Shown here: positions 1 through 12,879 of the stretch, one piece after another
Numbering within the stretch: the first letter of the stretch is position 1
Layout: each line of letters opens with the position of its first letter
Source of the DNA: Trichoplax adhaerens
Lineage: Eukaryota > Animalia > Placozoa
DNA length: 64,000 nt
Assembly: GCF_000150275.1 (NCBI RefSeq)
Contig: NW_002060947.1
Span: 3,723,309-3,787,308 of the forward strand
Direction: 5' to 3'
Notes under the pieces: model-generated
Databases searched by the model: none
What the model was told of the DNA's origin: nothing
Seen by the model: the letters and a program-made list of their open reading frames with translations, nothing else
Position numbers and translations under genes: made by a program

Positions 1-212
1 GGAGATCTTGGATAGAGTTTTGACCATGTGTAGTATGCAATAAGAAGAGGTTATCACGTAAAACAGAGTTGATATTGGATCAACTCAATGATGATAGATA
101 AAAATAGGAGCTAATCCAATGGTCATCTCATTGGAACTGGAGTCTAACCTCGACATAACCAGCTATTGATTACCTCATGCAATAACTAATATTCCTTTTA
201 TTTGTATAATAG

Positions 213-3200
213 GAAAGTGTAAATATTAGTCGAAAGATCGATAGCCACGCAAAAGAAGTCAGCTATAATCCTAAATATGAGGAACTGTTTCAACCGGAGG
301 TAAATAAGTAGAAAAATCGTAATGGAATAATGTGTATTTGCGCATGTAACAGCACTGCTAACCCATGCTGGATAGTTAGCTAGATATACTTATTACTTAC
401 TACAGTATAGATGATCAATTGCGTGCATATGTAACAATGTATGAACGACACAGCGTCGTCAAGTAGTATTCAAAGGAGCTATTCTTTTGCACTATACATT
501 TACATATTGTCAAACTGACCTAAAAAAAATACGCTTGACATACTCTATTTCTAACCTTTGCATTGGAGTCTGACATGGCCTGCTTATACTTTTTTATTCA
601 TTACATTACATGTATGACTAACAATACATAGACTACAAAGTTATTTCCTAGTATATTTAACTACACACTGTAAATGAGTTTGATGTAAGAACATTTTGAA
701 AATATTACAGTACTGTAATTCTATAGCAAAGTTGCTTTGTGGTATACACAATAAAGGAATTTAATATGAGGGTTATTACAAATGATAAATCCATGTGCAC
801 TGTAAATATTGCCAGCATTCTACTGTAATGTTCTATCTATCAATTCTTAAACCAATACTTAATTGTATATGAAACCGCATCGATGAGCTTAGGTTGGACC
901 TCTAAATCCTTTCAAAACCAAGCAGCAAGCGGCACCAAAAAATACACTCTCAGGTGTGAACTTCAAGATAATTCTTCTATAAAGTGACCAAGTAACTCTT
1001 TATACAACACATTTTAGTTTAATGTATGTAAATTTTACTACCTTTTAGGCTATGTAGAAGATAGTCATTTCAATGATTTCCAGTTTGAAAATCAAAGAAG
1101 GACATTTTCTACCCACGGTAATAAATATACCCTAAACCAGTTATTTTTTATTACTAATAGTGAAATTTACTATTATTATAGGTGAATGGTTAACTGTCCT
1201 AATCTATTGCTTATTTATTATTTACATTAAATGCAGGTTACGCGTTAGACCCTTCTGTTGGTAATAGCAATTCTTCTGGAAATAAGTTCGTACTATCTGC
1301 AATAATGATTGAATTAATTCAAACAATCTCAAAGGTCTTTACTTATGTGCTCTTTGAATTACATTAACTTATCTACGATCCTTAATTAGCATTATCGGCG
1401 ATATCGATATGGCCAGTCAATTAGACGGTAATGAAAGTTTAATTCATGTATTTTTTCAAATTGGATTCTCTTCCATTTTTAATTTAAAGATTAAACTCGA
1501 TATGAACTGAAAGTTTAATCAATCTTTAATGTGTAGGAAGGACAGTTTTTGAATCTGGTAAGAGATTCGGAATTGAGAAAAGAAAGCGTGGCGAACGAGG
1601 AGATCCATCGGATATTGATTGTTATAAAGGTCTGAATCTTAGCTGATAAACCACTATACGCACTGTTATGCCATTGTAAATACTGTACTTTACTAATATT
1701 GTAAGAGTACGAATCTATAGGATGCTTTTTTAGTTAGATTACGTAACTTTGTATACATACTATAGGTCCTTGGGCAGGCTATGTTGATGAGAATAAAATT
1801 GCAAAACCTACAGAGGTGAGTTATGCTGCTTTATCTTAAGAAATTGGTTGTCACAATGCGATCGCGTAAACGTTAAGGAAAATTTGCGTACATCTTTTGA
1901 ATCAATGTAGGAAGAGCAGGCTGTACTTGATGATTGGAAAACAGTAACAAGCAAGAAAAAGAAGGAAGAGACTGTTGTCGATGAAAGAAGCACACTTCAC
2001 AGTACGGCATCTATATATGTATTGCCTTTGATAACGAATCTAAGAAATTAGGATGCTTTACTATAATGTAATCGGGTTAATACTAATAGCTGACTTTGCT
2101 CCCGCAGTAAAAGATGCATTGGATTATCAAGGGCGATCTTTCCTGCATCCTCCTCAAGATATGGGAGTTAGACTCAACTCCGAAGAACCACCGGAAAAAT
2201 GCTTTTTACCGAAGAAGCATATTCATACTTGGTAATATACACGTATATACTTAGAATAATGTATCTCTTTAAAAGGTCCGGTAAATAAGTATTTGTTACA
2301 CGCTGATTAGTCTAACACGCGTACTCCTTCTTATCAATGGCGCAGGACTGGTCATACAAAAGGCGTATCTGCTATTCGTTTATTCCCACTTTCAGGTCAT
2401 CTGCTTCTGTCCTGTAGTATGGACAGTAAAATTAAGGTCTGTTATGCTTTTGGGATAGATATTGTATGATAGTAAAAGATAATGAAAAATTTATTATTAA
2501 TAATAGCTATGGGAAGTATACGGCAATCGAAGATGCATTCGTACTTACCTAGGTATACTTCGAAAGAATAGATTTTACAATGTATAAAATATTTTCATTT
2601 ATAAAAATTTTTATTTAAAACCGCTTTCAATTTATGCCTTCGTAGGACATGACAAAGCTGTTAGGGATATCTGCTTTAATAATGATGGCACTGAATTTTT
2701 AAGTGCAGCCTATGATCGTTATATAAAGCTATGGGATACAGAAACTGGTAGGCTGCTCTATATTATTGTTGTTAACTAGCTTGATATTCGATCACGTTAT
2801 ATTTCGTACATACTATTTTAGGTCAATGTAAAGGCAAATTTACTAACAAAAGGATTCCTTACTGTGTCAAATTTAATCCGGAAGAGGTAATGCATATCGA
2901 AGTGTTTCTTAAAACAATTGCAATCACGATTTTGAAATGGCTGTCCATCATTCTATGTAGGATAAACAACATTTATTCATAGCTGGATTAGCAGATAAAA
3001 AAATTGTTACGGTATGTATTGGATCTTTCGATGTAGCTTAACTCTTGTATTATTTCGAGCAAGCATTGCCTTCTAGCTTGACGTCGGCTTACATTTTATA
3101 TAGTGGGATATGAGAGCTAATGAAATTGTGCAAGAATATGATAGGTAATCTAACATCTTGTTATCTTACACTGGCTATTGATTTATAAATCTGAGACAAT

Positions 3201-4105
3201 TTAAATTTATCAATCAACTTTAGGCATCTTGGTGCTGTTAATACCGTAACATTTATAGATGACAATAGACGATTTGTGAGTACTTCAGACGACAAGAGTT
3301 TACGTGTCTGGGAATGGTATGTATCACTTTAAATACATTCTTGTCATCGTCATCGATGCTGCAGTACATTATTACTGAGCGCTTTCCTTCCATAACAGGG
3401 ATATTCCAGTAGATTCGAAATATATTGCTGATCCTTCCATGCATTCTGTACCAGCTGTAACTCTTTCACCTAATCGTATGTAGACCTAATTTTATTTTAT
3501 TAAGTGAAATTAGTTATTAAAGTCATAATTCTAGCATAGATTTTATTTTATTTTAAAGTTAAGATTTTTAACTATTCGTTTCGCACCAGAAAAATGGCTA
3601 GCTTGCCAATCTATGGATAATCAGATACTGATATATAACGCGCTAAGTAAGATGAGAATGAACCGAAAGAAAGTATTTAAAGGTCACATGGTTGCTGGAT
3701 ATGCATGCCAAGTTAATTTTTCACCAGATGGAAGGTAAGCTACAATAGAATACCTACTCATATATAGTATGCACCTAAGTTACGAATTGGTAATTCATAG
3801 ATAGTCACAATTGAACGCGTATTGCTAACATATTTTTCTTATTTTGTTTCTAGTTACGTGATATCTGGAGACGCAGACGGCAAGTTATTCATTTGGGATT
3901 GGAAATCAACGAAAGTATATAGGTTAGATTCACATAAAGTACTGTGATTTTAATTTATTATTTCTCAAAATAATAATTATCAATTTTTTATATTAGTAAA
4001 TTTAAGGCTCATGATCAAGTATGTATCGGATGCTGTTGGCTACCTCATGAAACATCGAAAGTGATTACATGTGGTTGGGATGGATTAATAAAGTTATGGG
4101 ATTAG
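213..4105 (+). CDS. CDC40: Pre-mRNA-processing factor 17 (CDC40/PRP17), WD40 splicing factor; about 20 exons, 5' end lies before the window
   Basis: Spliced exons (213-299, 893-953, 1049-1117 ... last exon ending TAG at 4103-4105) translate to [77 protein letters not shown] and [14 protein letters not shown], all characteristic of PRP17. Phases were consistent at the GT-AG junctions checked. Confidence 0.97.
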
Positions 4106-6041
4106 GTCATCGTTTTAAATTTATTTTATATTGTATGATTAATTAACGTACACCGAATCTTCGGATAATTTATCTTTTACCTGATATTAAAGCTTTATAC
4201 TATAGATATTAATTCTACAGTTTAGAATTTAGTCGACAGTTTTCATACAGGACCGCTGAAAACATATGAACATTGTTATAAAATTCAAATTTTCAACAAT
4301 TTGTTGCGTATTATTCTTTGAAATTGTTATAACAATTCCTTCCATTACGATATGAAACGAAATTAATACCATAAGTTTATGGTTATCATGGATTATTGCA
4401 GTTTTGTAAACTAGTTATAATGATAAGCATAATGCATGGTTGCATATCTTATAAATCTGATATCGACCGTATTGGATGGTGATTATTGTTAACTAGTCAC
4501 CTGTCCTTTTAAAGTTTGGACAGATCATCTACGATCGATGTTAAAAGAATTACTAACTCAACATAGTCGATCATCTGAACACCTACGTAATGCATAAATT
4601 TAATGGATCTTGATATGATACAGCATAGAAAGTCAGTAAAAATGGTATGGGGTGCAGTCATGATGTAGTATCGTTATTCATTGGTATTAATTTGCTTGTA
4701 AATCTTCTAAAAGATATAGGTGATTAAAAACGAATATAAAATTTCATGACGTTCTATAATGTACGTATATAGTATGGTAAACCGCCTTCTGTTGCTATGC
4801 ATGAATTTTGCAGTTTGCGAATGTATATTATATCTGTCATGGTTAGAAGATTGAAATTCTAATGTCTTGAGAATACGCATAGTGTAGTTACGGTTTCGTG
4901 AGCACGTTACATTTTATGAAATGCTACAGAAGTAAACAAGGTTTACTAGAGAAGTTAAATATATGATTGCGTTATTGTTTAATGTATTACATAGTTTACT
5001 TTCAATCCGGCATTTTACAAGTTATAGTCTAGTGCACTGTAGGTAGCTTTGAGGTGAATTGCATCATTATAATCTTCAAACTGGTACACAAGAACTACCA
5101 GATACAGAACACTTTGATAGGAATAATTTTTAAACATGTAAAAGTTACACTCTGATGAGGTGTTAAAGAAAGTTAGCATGCATCCGTTACAGCTCTTTAT
5201 ATCCTAAGAAGCATTCTTAATTTAGCTACCCTATGTAAATGGTGATTGGCTTGGCATTTATTTTGAGGTGATGTACAGTACAACAGCTACCGTACAATAA
5301 AAAGGCCATAAACATGTATCAACATTGGCCGGCTGAGTTGAATATGCAATCATACAGGATTCGATAGAAGTATAAACGTTTATATCTTGCAATAATAAGG
5401 AAATACGATACTGACGCAACAATGACTAGTAGAAAACTTCAGCAAACAGCTAGCTGTACAAAAAATTTTAATCATATGCGTACTTCAATAAACGATTGCC
5501 ACATACTAGTGCCAAGTATCTATTCTTTGTAACTGTGATACTAGCAGACAAATAATATTGAACAAAAGATGGACCATTAGTAAGGACTACGAGGAAATAG
5601 TTAAAGGAATATCGACTATACCAATTTTTGAATGAGAAAAGTACAGGATGGCAAACTCAACAACCGTACTATAAAAACAATCTCAAAAAGCACTAAGTTT
5701 CTCCATGAACGAAATTAAGAGATAAATTAATTGACCAGATACTTTTTAACGTTAGGCTAACATTTGGGGTATGGTAGGATCTTCAGTAATTAACATTGTT
5801 CCGTCAATGTGATGGCCAAACGCTTACGATCACAGAAGTTAACTGATCATGAATACTATGGACAGTAACAACCGGAATAAGGCATGATACAAAATGATTT
5901 CAAAGTTATCAATAACAGTCGAATGATGTCAGATAAAGAAACTTTACAGCCTGTCATTCTTATTTTAAAAATTATTAATCTAGTGTCTGGTCGAATTACA
6001 TCATCGACATCTTTCTAAAGACGAGATATAATTATAAAGCT

Positions 6042-6506
6042 TTAGTATGGTCGACTTCGTCTCATACGCGGTGGTACTAATGCGATGTCTAAATAATCAC
6101 CAATTTGAAATTGGTCACCAAGAGTGATTTGGTCTCCTTCGCTTTTTTGGCCAGAGATAGTTTTACCGATATCTCTTAATCTATAACCACCACGCTTATC
6201 TGGATAGACAATACCAAATTCAAAGAACGTGCCTCTACGTCTTGAATCGCTATTAACCTCCTTAATCAAACCCATCAGTTCTTTTAAAGTAGCATCTTTC
6301 CACGTGTAAATTTGTAATTCGTTCATTGGAACTCTACCTCTAGAATATTCTTCCATTCTATAATGCCTTCCAACGTTATAAAATACTCTTAAGAGAAAGG
6401 GACAAATTTTTTTCCTATCTACAGGTACAATTTTCTCTTGATCTTTATCTTTTCCAGACTCAGGTTCATAACGCCTTTGCTCGCCAGCATCACGTTTGTC
6501 GGCCAT
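6042..6506 (-). CDS. SAP18: Histone deacetylase complex / ASAP complex subunit SAP18, single exon, 154 aa
   Basis: VDRKKICPFLLRVF, NELQIYTWKDATLKEL, FQIGDYLDIA and a C-terminal RPY. First ATG is at 6506; the ORF-track start at 6581 is a non-ATG codon. Confidence 0.96.
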   Translation of the reverse strand: MADKRDAGEQRRYEPESGKDKDQEKIVPVDRKKICPFLLRVFYNVGRHYRMEEYSRGRVPMNELQIYTWKDATLKELMGLIKEVNSDSRRRGTFFEFGIVYPDKRGGYRLRDIGKTISGQKSEGDQITLGDQFQIGDYLDIALVPPRMRRSRPY

Positions 6507-6649
6507 GATAGCTTGGTTAGTCCAGTTACTAGCTCGATCTTGCTGATGAAGGCATGTACGCACGCGTGCAGCATCAACCAATCTTCATGGAGGTAAGAGG
6601 TTTATTACCTCTATGGTACCTTTATTGTGCTAGCTGCTGTATGGGTAGC

Positions 6650-6790
6650 AATACTGAGTACGGTAGTTGAGGCGCAAAGAGTTGATCACCTCAGCAAAGT
6701 GTACAGTACAGTACAAGTGTGTCAGCTGCGTACAGTATTTGTTACGGGCAATGTACTGTACACTGTACAGTACTGTATTCTGTATGGAAG
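6650..6790. repeat. CAGTA/TACTG low-complexity tract between SAP18 and the STI1-like gene
   Basis: gtacagtacagtacaag ... gtactgtacactgtacagtactgta. Confidence 0.7.
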
Positions 6791-7364
6791 CAGAGTTAAA
6801 AGAAATGAAACCTACGGTACGTTACTAAGATACGTGTAACCACGGTACCATGTTAATTTTTCGTGAATTTAATCTCCGTTTTGGTCTCCAATTAAGATAA
6901 TGTACAGTATATGAGTTAACCGACTAGATGAATGCACATAGAATCTAAAGTTCAGTAAGTCAAGATATGAAATATTAAGATATGTAGTCATGACAGTTAA
7001 TGGGTTCTAAATACGCGTATGCGTGTGTGTACGTGTATATGCCTGTCTTACTATGTGAATTTACGGGTATAGTACTATACTGTATGTTTAAATGAGCTTA
7101 ATAAATAATTATAATAATGGTCAACGTCAACTTTACCTATACCTACACCAGAACCATATTATATAAATTGTAGTACTACGATATCACTGTTTTTAGCCCA
7201 TTTCAGTACACAGACTAAAAAGAGAAAGAAAATTGCTAATTAAGTTTTTGTAAGATTGATCGGGTGCAATTTGTCAGCATCGAAAGTTACGAGGTATCGT
7301 TTTCTTTCTTGCAGATACGTCGTATAATTCATTTTTCTTGTAATTGAATTGACTGCATTTTCAT

Positions 7365-9124
7365 ATGGCGGAAATAGATGATGATTCTGGTAAGTCTGTG
7401 ATTTATACTTTAACGATGATGACTCGATACAGTTCTCTAACATGCTTTGTGCATCGTGTGTAATACTGTAGTGTTACCGATTTAAATATCTATCAATGCA
7501 TGGCTATAAGATATTAATGTAACAAATATGAAGAATGTTAAAATAGTGAATATGTTACAATATAACCTGCAGATGTTGCTACATTATCATAGTTTATACG
7601 TACTTACTGGTATAGAGATGCAATTTTATTGTAGAAATCCCTGAAATGTGGGTGTTATCCGGCTAGTATTCAACTATTATTTATTTCTTAGATGTGCCTC
7701 CACTGGAGGATATGTCAGACTTGATCGGTAAAGTGCAAGCAATGCGTACAGAAACATCTCAAGAAGTTTCATATAATACAGTTGACTCTAATTACCCCAG
7801 TGGCCAGTCTGCGATAACGGATACTAAGCATGAAGAAACTACTCAGTACAAGGTAACAGAGTACATGATGCTAGTTACGTTTTTTCAGCTTCATTTAGAT
7901 TATTTATTTTAATATTACTGTATTTGTACATTTTAGGCTAGTAATGAATCAACAGCTAAAAAGAACAATTTAACACAAAGTAGCCAATTTGGTGGATTTA
8001 AAAGCGGATTTCTCAATTCGAAGCCAGCTAAAGTTAAATCTCATAGTAAAGTTGAAAAAAAAGGAGGTAAAGGTGCAAAAGAGGATGATTTGGAATTTGT
8101 CAAGCCCAAAAAATCAAAAGAGGATGAATTAAAATTTCAAGAAGTTCAGGATGCTATAAATCAATCTCATCCGTTACTTAAAAATAATGGTAAATTTGAT
8201 TTTGTATATCAATGCTGTAGTATCTCTTATACATACATTTAAAATTGAATGAATTATATACGGACAGAGTTTATCGTGCTATCAATCATGGTTAAGATTA
8301 AGCGAAGAAGAATAAATAACGATTGATCTATGATATAATTCTGTATACCTTTAGTATCATATCATAATTATAGGTTTTCTTTCTTCATACCTTAGACTGG
8401 GTAACCAATGATTTATTGACCAAGATACAAGCGAATCCTCGTATGCATAAGCAAATAAGTGATCCACGCTTTGTTGCTGCATTAAAAAAATTTGAAACTG
8501 ATCGTGAAGGAGCAATGAAACAGTTTCAGGGTGACCCTGAGCTTCAGCAATTTTTCACAGATTTTTGCCAACTTATGGGAAATCATTTTCTTAATATTTC
8601 TAAAGATAAAGATCCCTCAAAATCAGGTATGACAATGTTTTATATCTTTCTGAAAAATATTATATTCTAATAGTAGTGTTATACATATTAGATCAGAACG
8701 AAGCTGCAGCTGCAACGGAAAATAGGCTTACTCCGAAGAAGCTCTCGCCAGAAGATATAAGAGCACAACAAATAGTATCCGATCCCAAGATAGCAAAAAT
8801 TTTAAACAATTCTGAAGTAAAAGAATTCATAGAACTTCTGAAACGTAATCCAGAAGCCGCTCAGCAGTAAGATTATATTATCAAACTGTTGTAAAAGTAA
8901 TAATCAAAAATCAAATTTTAGTTCATTACCGTATATATTTTACAAAGTTAGAATATATCGCATTAGTAGTCGCCATTTCTGTGTCAGACAACTAACGTTT
9001 TTATAAATTTAAAGCGTTTATCATAATTTTTCTACATAGGTATTTATTCACCGCTCCTAAGGAATTACGGGAGAAATTGCAAAAGCTTGTTGAGTGTGGA
9101 GTTTTATCAGTTCAAAGAAGTTAA
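7365..9124 (+). CDS. Uncharacterised 309-aa protein with two STI1/HOP DP-like helical repeats (putative co-chaperone)
   Basis: Exons 7365-7389, 7692-7852, 7937-8189, 8396-8626, 8692-8866 and 9040-9124 join in frame (930 nt). Motifs: DDDSDVPPLEDM, FGGFKSGFL, ISDPRFVAALKKFETD..FQGDPELQQFF, VSDPKIAKILNNSEVKEFIELLKRNPEAAQ..EKLQKLVECGVL. Confidence 0.8.
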
Positions 9125-10366
9125 AAATATTTCAATGAGTACTACACAGCAAGCATATAGTGGGTTTTTTTTGTAAATACTTCGGTCTTAGTTGCTGTTC
9201 TGTAGCGGCATAACTGTAATATCCTTACAGAAACGGATGCTAAATTTTAGATAATTAAAACTCCCTCTTGCAGGTTTATTGGCTTACGCTAACTTATTAT
9301 TTCACTCATATTCTGATAACTTCGATGGTGATAGTTGCAATATAACAGCCATGCGATCTAGTTACTGCCGCATTGGCAACCTGTATATGATGAATCTTCA
9401 ATCTCTTTTGTTTCATGGTATGTGTACTAAAAGTTATATATCACTAACCACAAACTGCGTGAAATATACTGTAATACTGTACTACCGAAGTGTTCAGCGT
9501 GAACACACGATACAAGTACAGAGTATACGAACGTGCATTTTTCAATTAAGTGAAACAGTATTTTGCTTATTTGTGGTAATAAATTAAAAGCTCATTAAGT
9601 CATTCGGTTGAACTAATGTTTATGGAAGTACAGTATAATTGTACCGATACAGTAATTTTAATTCCGTGAATGCACGATGACGATAGTTTACGTCTGAAGA
9701 TTATGCATTGCCCAAACTGATGATAGGGCATACCATGATTCATTAAATTATAATACCAAATAGATTTTGATGTCTGGAGATTTTTACGCTCTCAGACAGT
9801 AAATCCAGTTACATGCAAATGTAGAATAAAAACATACTAGTTTTTAAAAATAGAAATCGAGGTTTCCAGAAATTAGATACTGTACAAGTATTTGTGTAAG
9901 ACCCTATCGGTCTCATCCTCGCTATGGTATTTCAGCTTCTAGAAATAAAGGTTATAGCTCTGTAGATTGGATATAGATGGCACGCTTACCGATAGTATCT
10001 TACTTATTATAAGCATCATAAATTTTACCATTTTGCTATTATATTTGATCAGGTTAAATGATTTCAAACTCATCAATACAAGTTACACCTAGATATACAA
10101 GGCCTTTGGGTCTAACCACCTAAATTTCATTGACTGTCACCACGAAGTATATTTGCAGCTAGTGCAACAGGAGTTACAGATTTATGTCGATTACTACATG
10201 CGAAACTAAAAAGCAATACTTAATAATTAAACTCCCTTGATGTCACAGTATGAAATCAAAAAATTCCTAGGTTGTAATAATAGTACTCAATGAAGGAAAT
10301 AGCGAAATATTTTTATCAATTTGACCCGAGATAGAGCCGTTTATTAACAAACGATGTACAGTAAAT

Positions 10367-12695
10367 TTAGTTGTGACCAAGAGCTGCTAGCGTTTCATTT
10401 ACTGATTTCAATTGATCAGCTTTATCAGCTTCAGCTTCCCTTTTGAATTTCTGTTGAAAATGGTCAAGTAGCATATAATTAGGAATAGGCTTTCACCTAA
10501 GCATCGCAATATGTAAACATTCAAATCTTGGATAGCGTTCAGTCATACCTGTAATCTTCGTTTATTTTCATAGAAGGCTTTTGCCTTAGCCTTTCGTTTT
10601 TCCTCCAAAGTTGATATTATATCATTATATTTCCAACCAACTTCACTCGATAACTTACCGACTACGGTAAATTTACGACGTGGCTTAAGTTGGACTACTC
10701 TCAGAGCAGCAGGAACAACCAAACGCTTCATTTTATCGTAAGGAGCTGGAATGCCTTCAAATGTTTTCAATCTGTTGAGAGCTTCTTCACCTCTTTTCGT
10801 TTTGTGAGGAACCATACCTACATAACGCAGGGTCATCAGAAATGAGTTCAAGTCACCTTTATTACGATTACTTTGTCGATAAATTGCTACTGGCAGCAGA
10901 TCTCTTTTAATTGGCTAACCTCGTACGGTTCTCCACAAGATACGACTAGGTGCTCTGAAATGGAATGGGCCTCTTCTAGGATTGACGTTACAACGCTTTC
11001 TCAGAAAATCCAGATACTTCACTAAAAATGTGCAAGTAATGAAAGGAATAGTAACAATATGAGTTTACAAGCTGTTACCTAAGACCATTTAGATAGCGTC
11101 AATACATACATTTATTTCTGTAGAAGCCACCGCTAATGTTCAACTCTTCACATCGTACTACTACAACTCTTTGACCTAAATTTTAATCACCGTACGTTCG
11201 TTATTTTATAAATTTATGATAATGTTAGTATATCGATGCTAGTTTGAAATTATTCATTCTTACCGCTTAAAATTGTTTTAGCAATTGTAGAAGCTAATCG
11301 GCCCAATAAGTGATTCCTGCCGTCAATGATAATTGCCTAATTGTATAAGAATAACCAAAAAATAATGCGTTATACGAGCAAGACATATCATCACGATTCA
11401 TGATTATAAAAAAGCTAAGGTTGCGAACATCAAAAAGAGTTAATCAAGACAAATGAATCTGTAGCAGGTTCAAATGTAAAACTAGTTATTTTTATCAAGT
11501 CCTATTAACATCGACTTTACATAGAGATATAAATAAGCATGGGACTGAAGAAACAGCCATCAATTGCAATTATTATGATCTTTGTTCATGCATTTTCTAT
11601 TACGGCAGTGTGATGAAGTAAAACATAAAAGCTATTTTTAAGTCGATTGCCTAACAGTTGTACTATTGAGGAGACCGAGGGCTTACTGAAATGCATGAGA
11701 AATTATTACATTGTACATCGACATAGGATAGCATGCAGCAATGGTGAATTTGGAGTCAGTAAAAATGGGGTGATATTTCGAATTATACGGCTATACTGTA
11801 TACTCGAACGTCAATTTTTGAACCAATTTAATTCTATGGGACACATCCTAGATTCTATTTCTGGACCGTTGATCTAAAGAGTTCATGAGTATGGCATATA
11901 GCTCAAGAGAGCAATTAATTTATTCAGTTTGTTCACGATAAACCAATTTTCTATCACCTACGTATAGTACAGTATAACATTATTTTTCAACTTCATTGCA
12001 GTGTGGGAATTCTAGTTTTGTAGATCACCTCAGAATTAGCGAATAAAACACCACTACTGTACTGGATGATATAAATATACCGTACTTGAAATGATAGGAT
12101 CATAACCATCTAAGGTGGTAGCGAGATATCGGACATACAATCTCGAGAATTGAATGTATTTACTTGAGTGCAGAACCTAAATATTCATAGTTTTGTGGAA
12201 CTTTTTTCAACAATAATGGTGCAACGTGAGAAATGGAGTACACGATGTGCCATTTCCAGATAGGTTCTGTACGAGTATAAAGTACTCTGACATACATTGC
12301 CATACAGCTATTCATGATAATCTCTGTGTCGAAATTTCAGATTCTTTCACAGTACCACATATACAATAATTCGCAAATGTTTATGATTCCATTTTGACTC
12401 CTCAATCGTATTTTAAAGCGTGAAAGTTTAGGCTTGTATAGTCGCTTCAGCTTTTACGACTTCTAAAGTTCACGAGCGAGGCCGTTCAACGGTCGAGAAC
12501 GATCAGCACATTATCAAAGAAGTCTCTGCGTATACATATAAATGACTAAAATATCATGATTTATATGGTAACATGGAGAATCGTACAGTGTAACTTAAAG
12601 AAATCTACATCTATTTCTTTAATCTATAAAGGACGATTGTGGATAAAACAGTCAAAAAAATCATTTCATTTTCTACTTACTTTCTCGAAACCCAT
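10367..12695 (-). CDS. RPL13A: 60S ribosomal protein L13a (uL13), 6 coding exons
   Basis: Exon 1 MGFEK (12681-12695), then [46 protein letters not shown] and EVGWKY; TAA at 10367-10369. Confidence 0.97.
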
Positions 12696-12715
12696 CTTCC
12701 TTGACTTGCTTTACC

Positions 12716-12728
12716 GAAAGAGAAGGAG
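12716..12728 (-). promoter_or_regulatory. Polypyrimidine TCT initiator / 5'TOP-like motif of RPL13A
   Basis: Minus strand reads CTCCTTCTCTTTC 20 nt upstream of the ATG, the expected position for ribosomal protein genes. A GC-box-like GGGGCGGCC lies at about 12753-12761. Confidence 0.65.
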
Positions 12729-12879
12729 TTGAGTATTCCACATGGTGTTATACGGGGCGGCCACGCGATCGTGCGTACTAAAGGGCTTTTGGCATGCGCA
12801 TTAGACAAGGACTCCCCACTCATTGCAGTAGAGATTCTTATTACAGATCGGACTACTACTGAGTCATGACCGTGTCTTC

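Noticed and set aside
10450-12680. Intronic C/D snoRNAs, as hosted by vertebrate RPL13A
   Set aside because: No properly spaced sense-strand RTGATGA...CTGA pair was found by eye. The one C-box-like hit (11388-11394) has no D box before the acceptor. A covariance-model search would be needed to exclude them.
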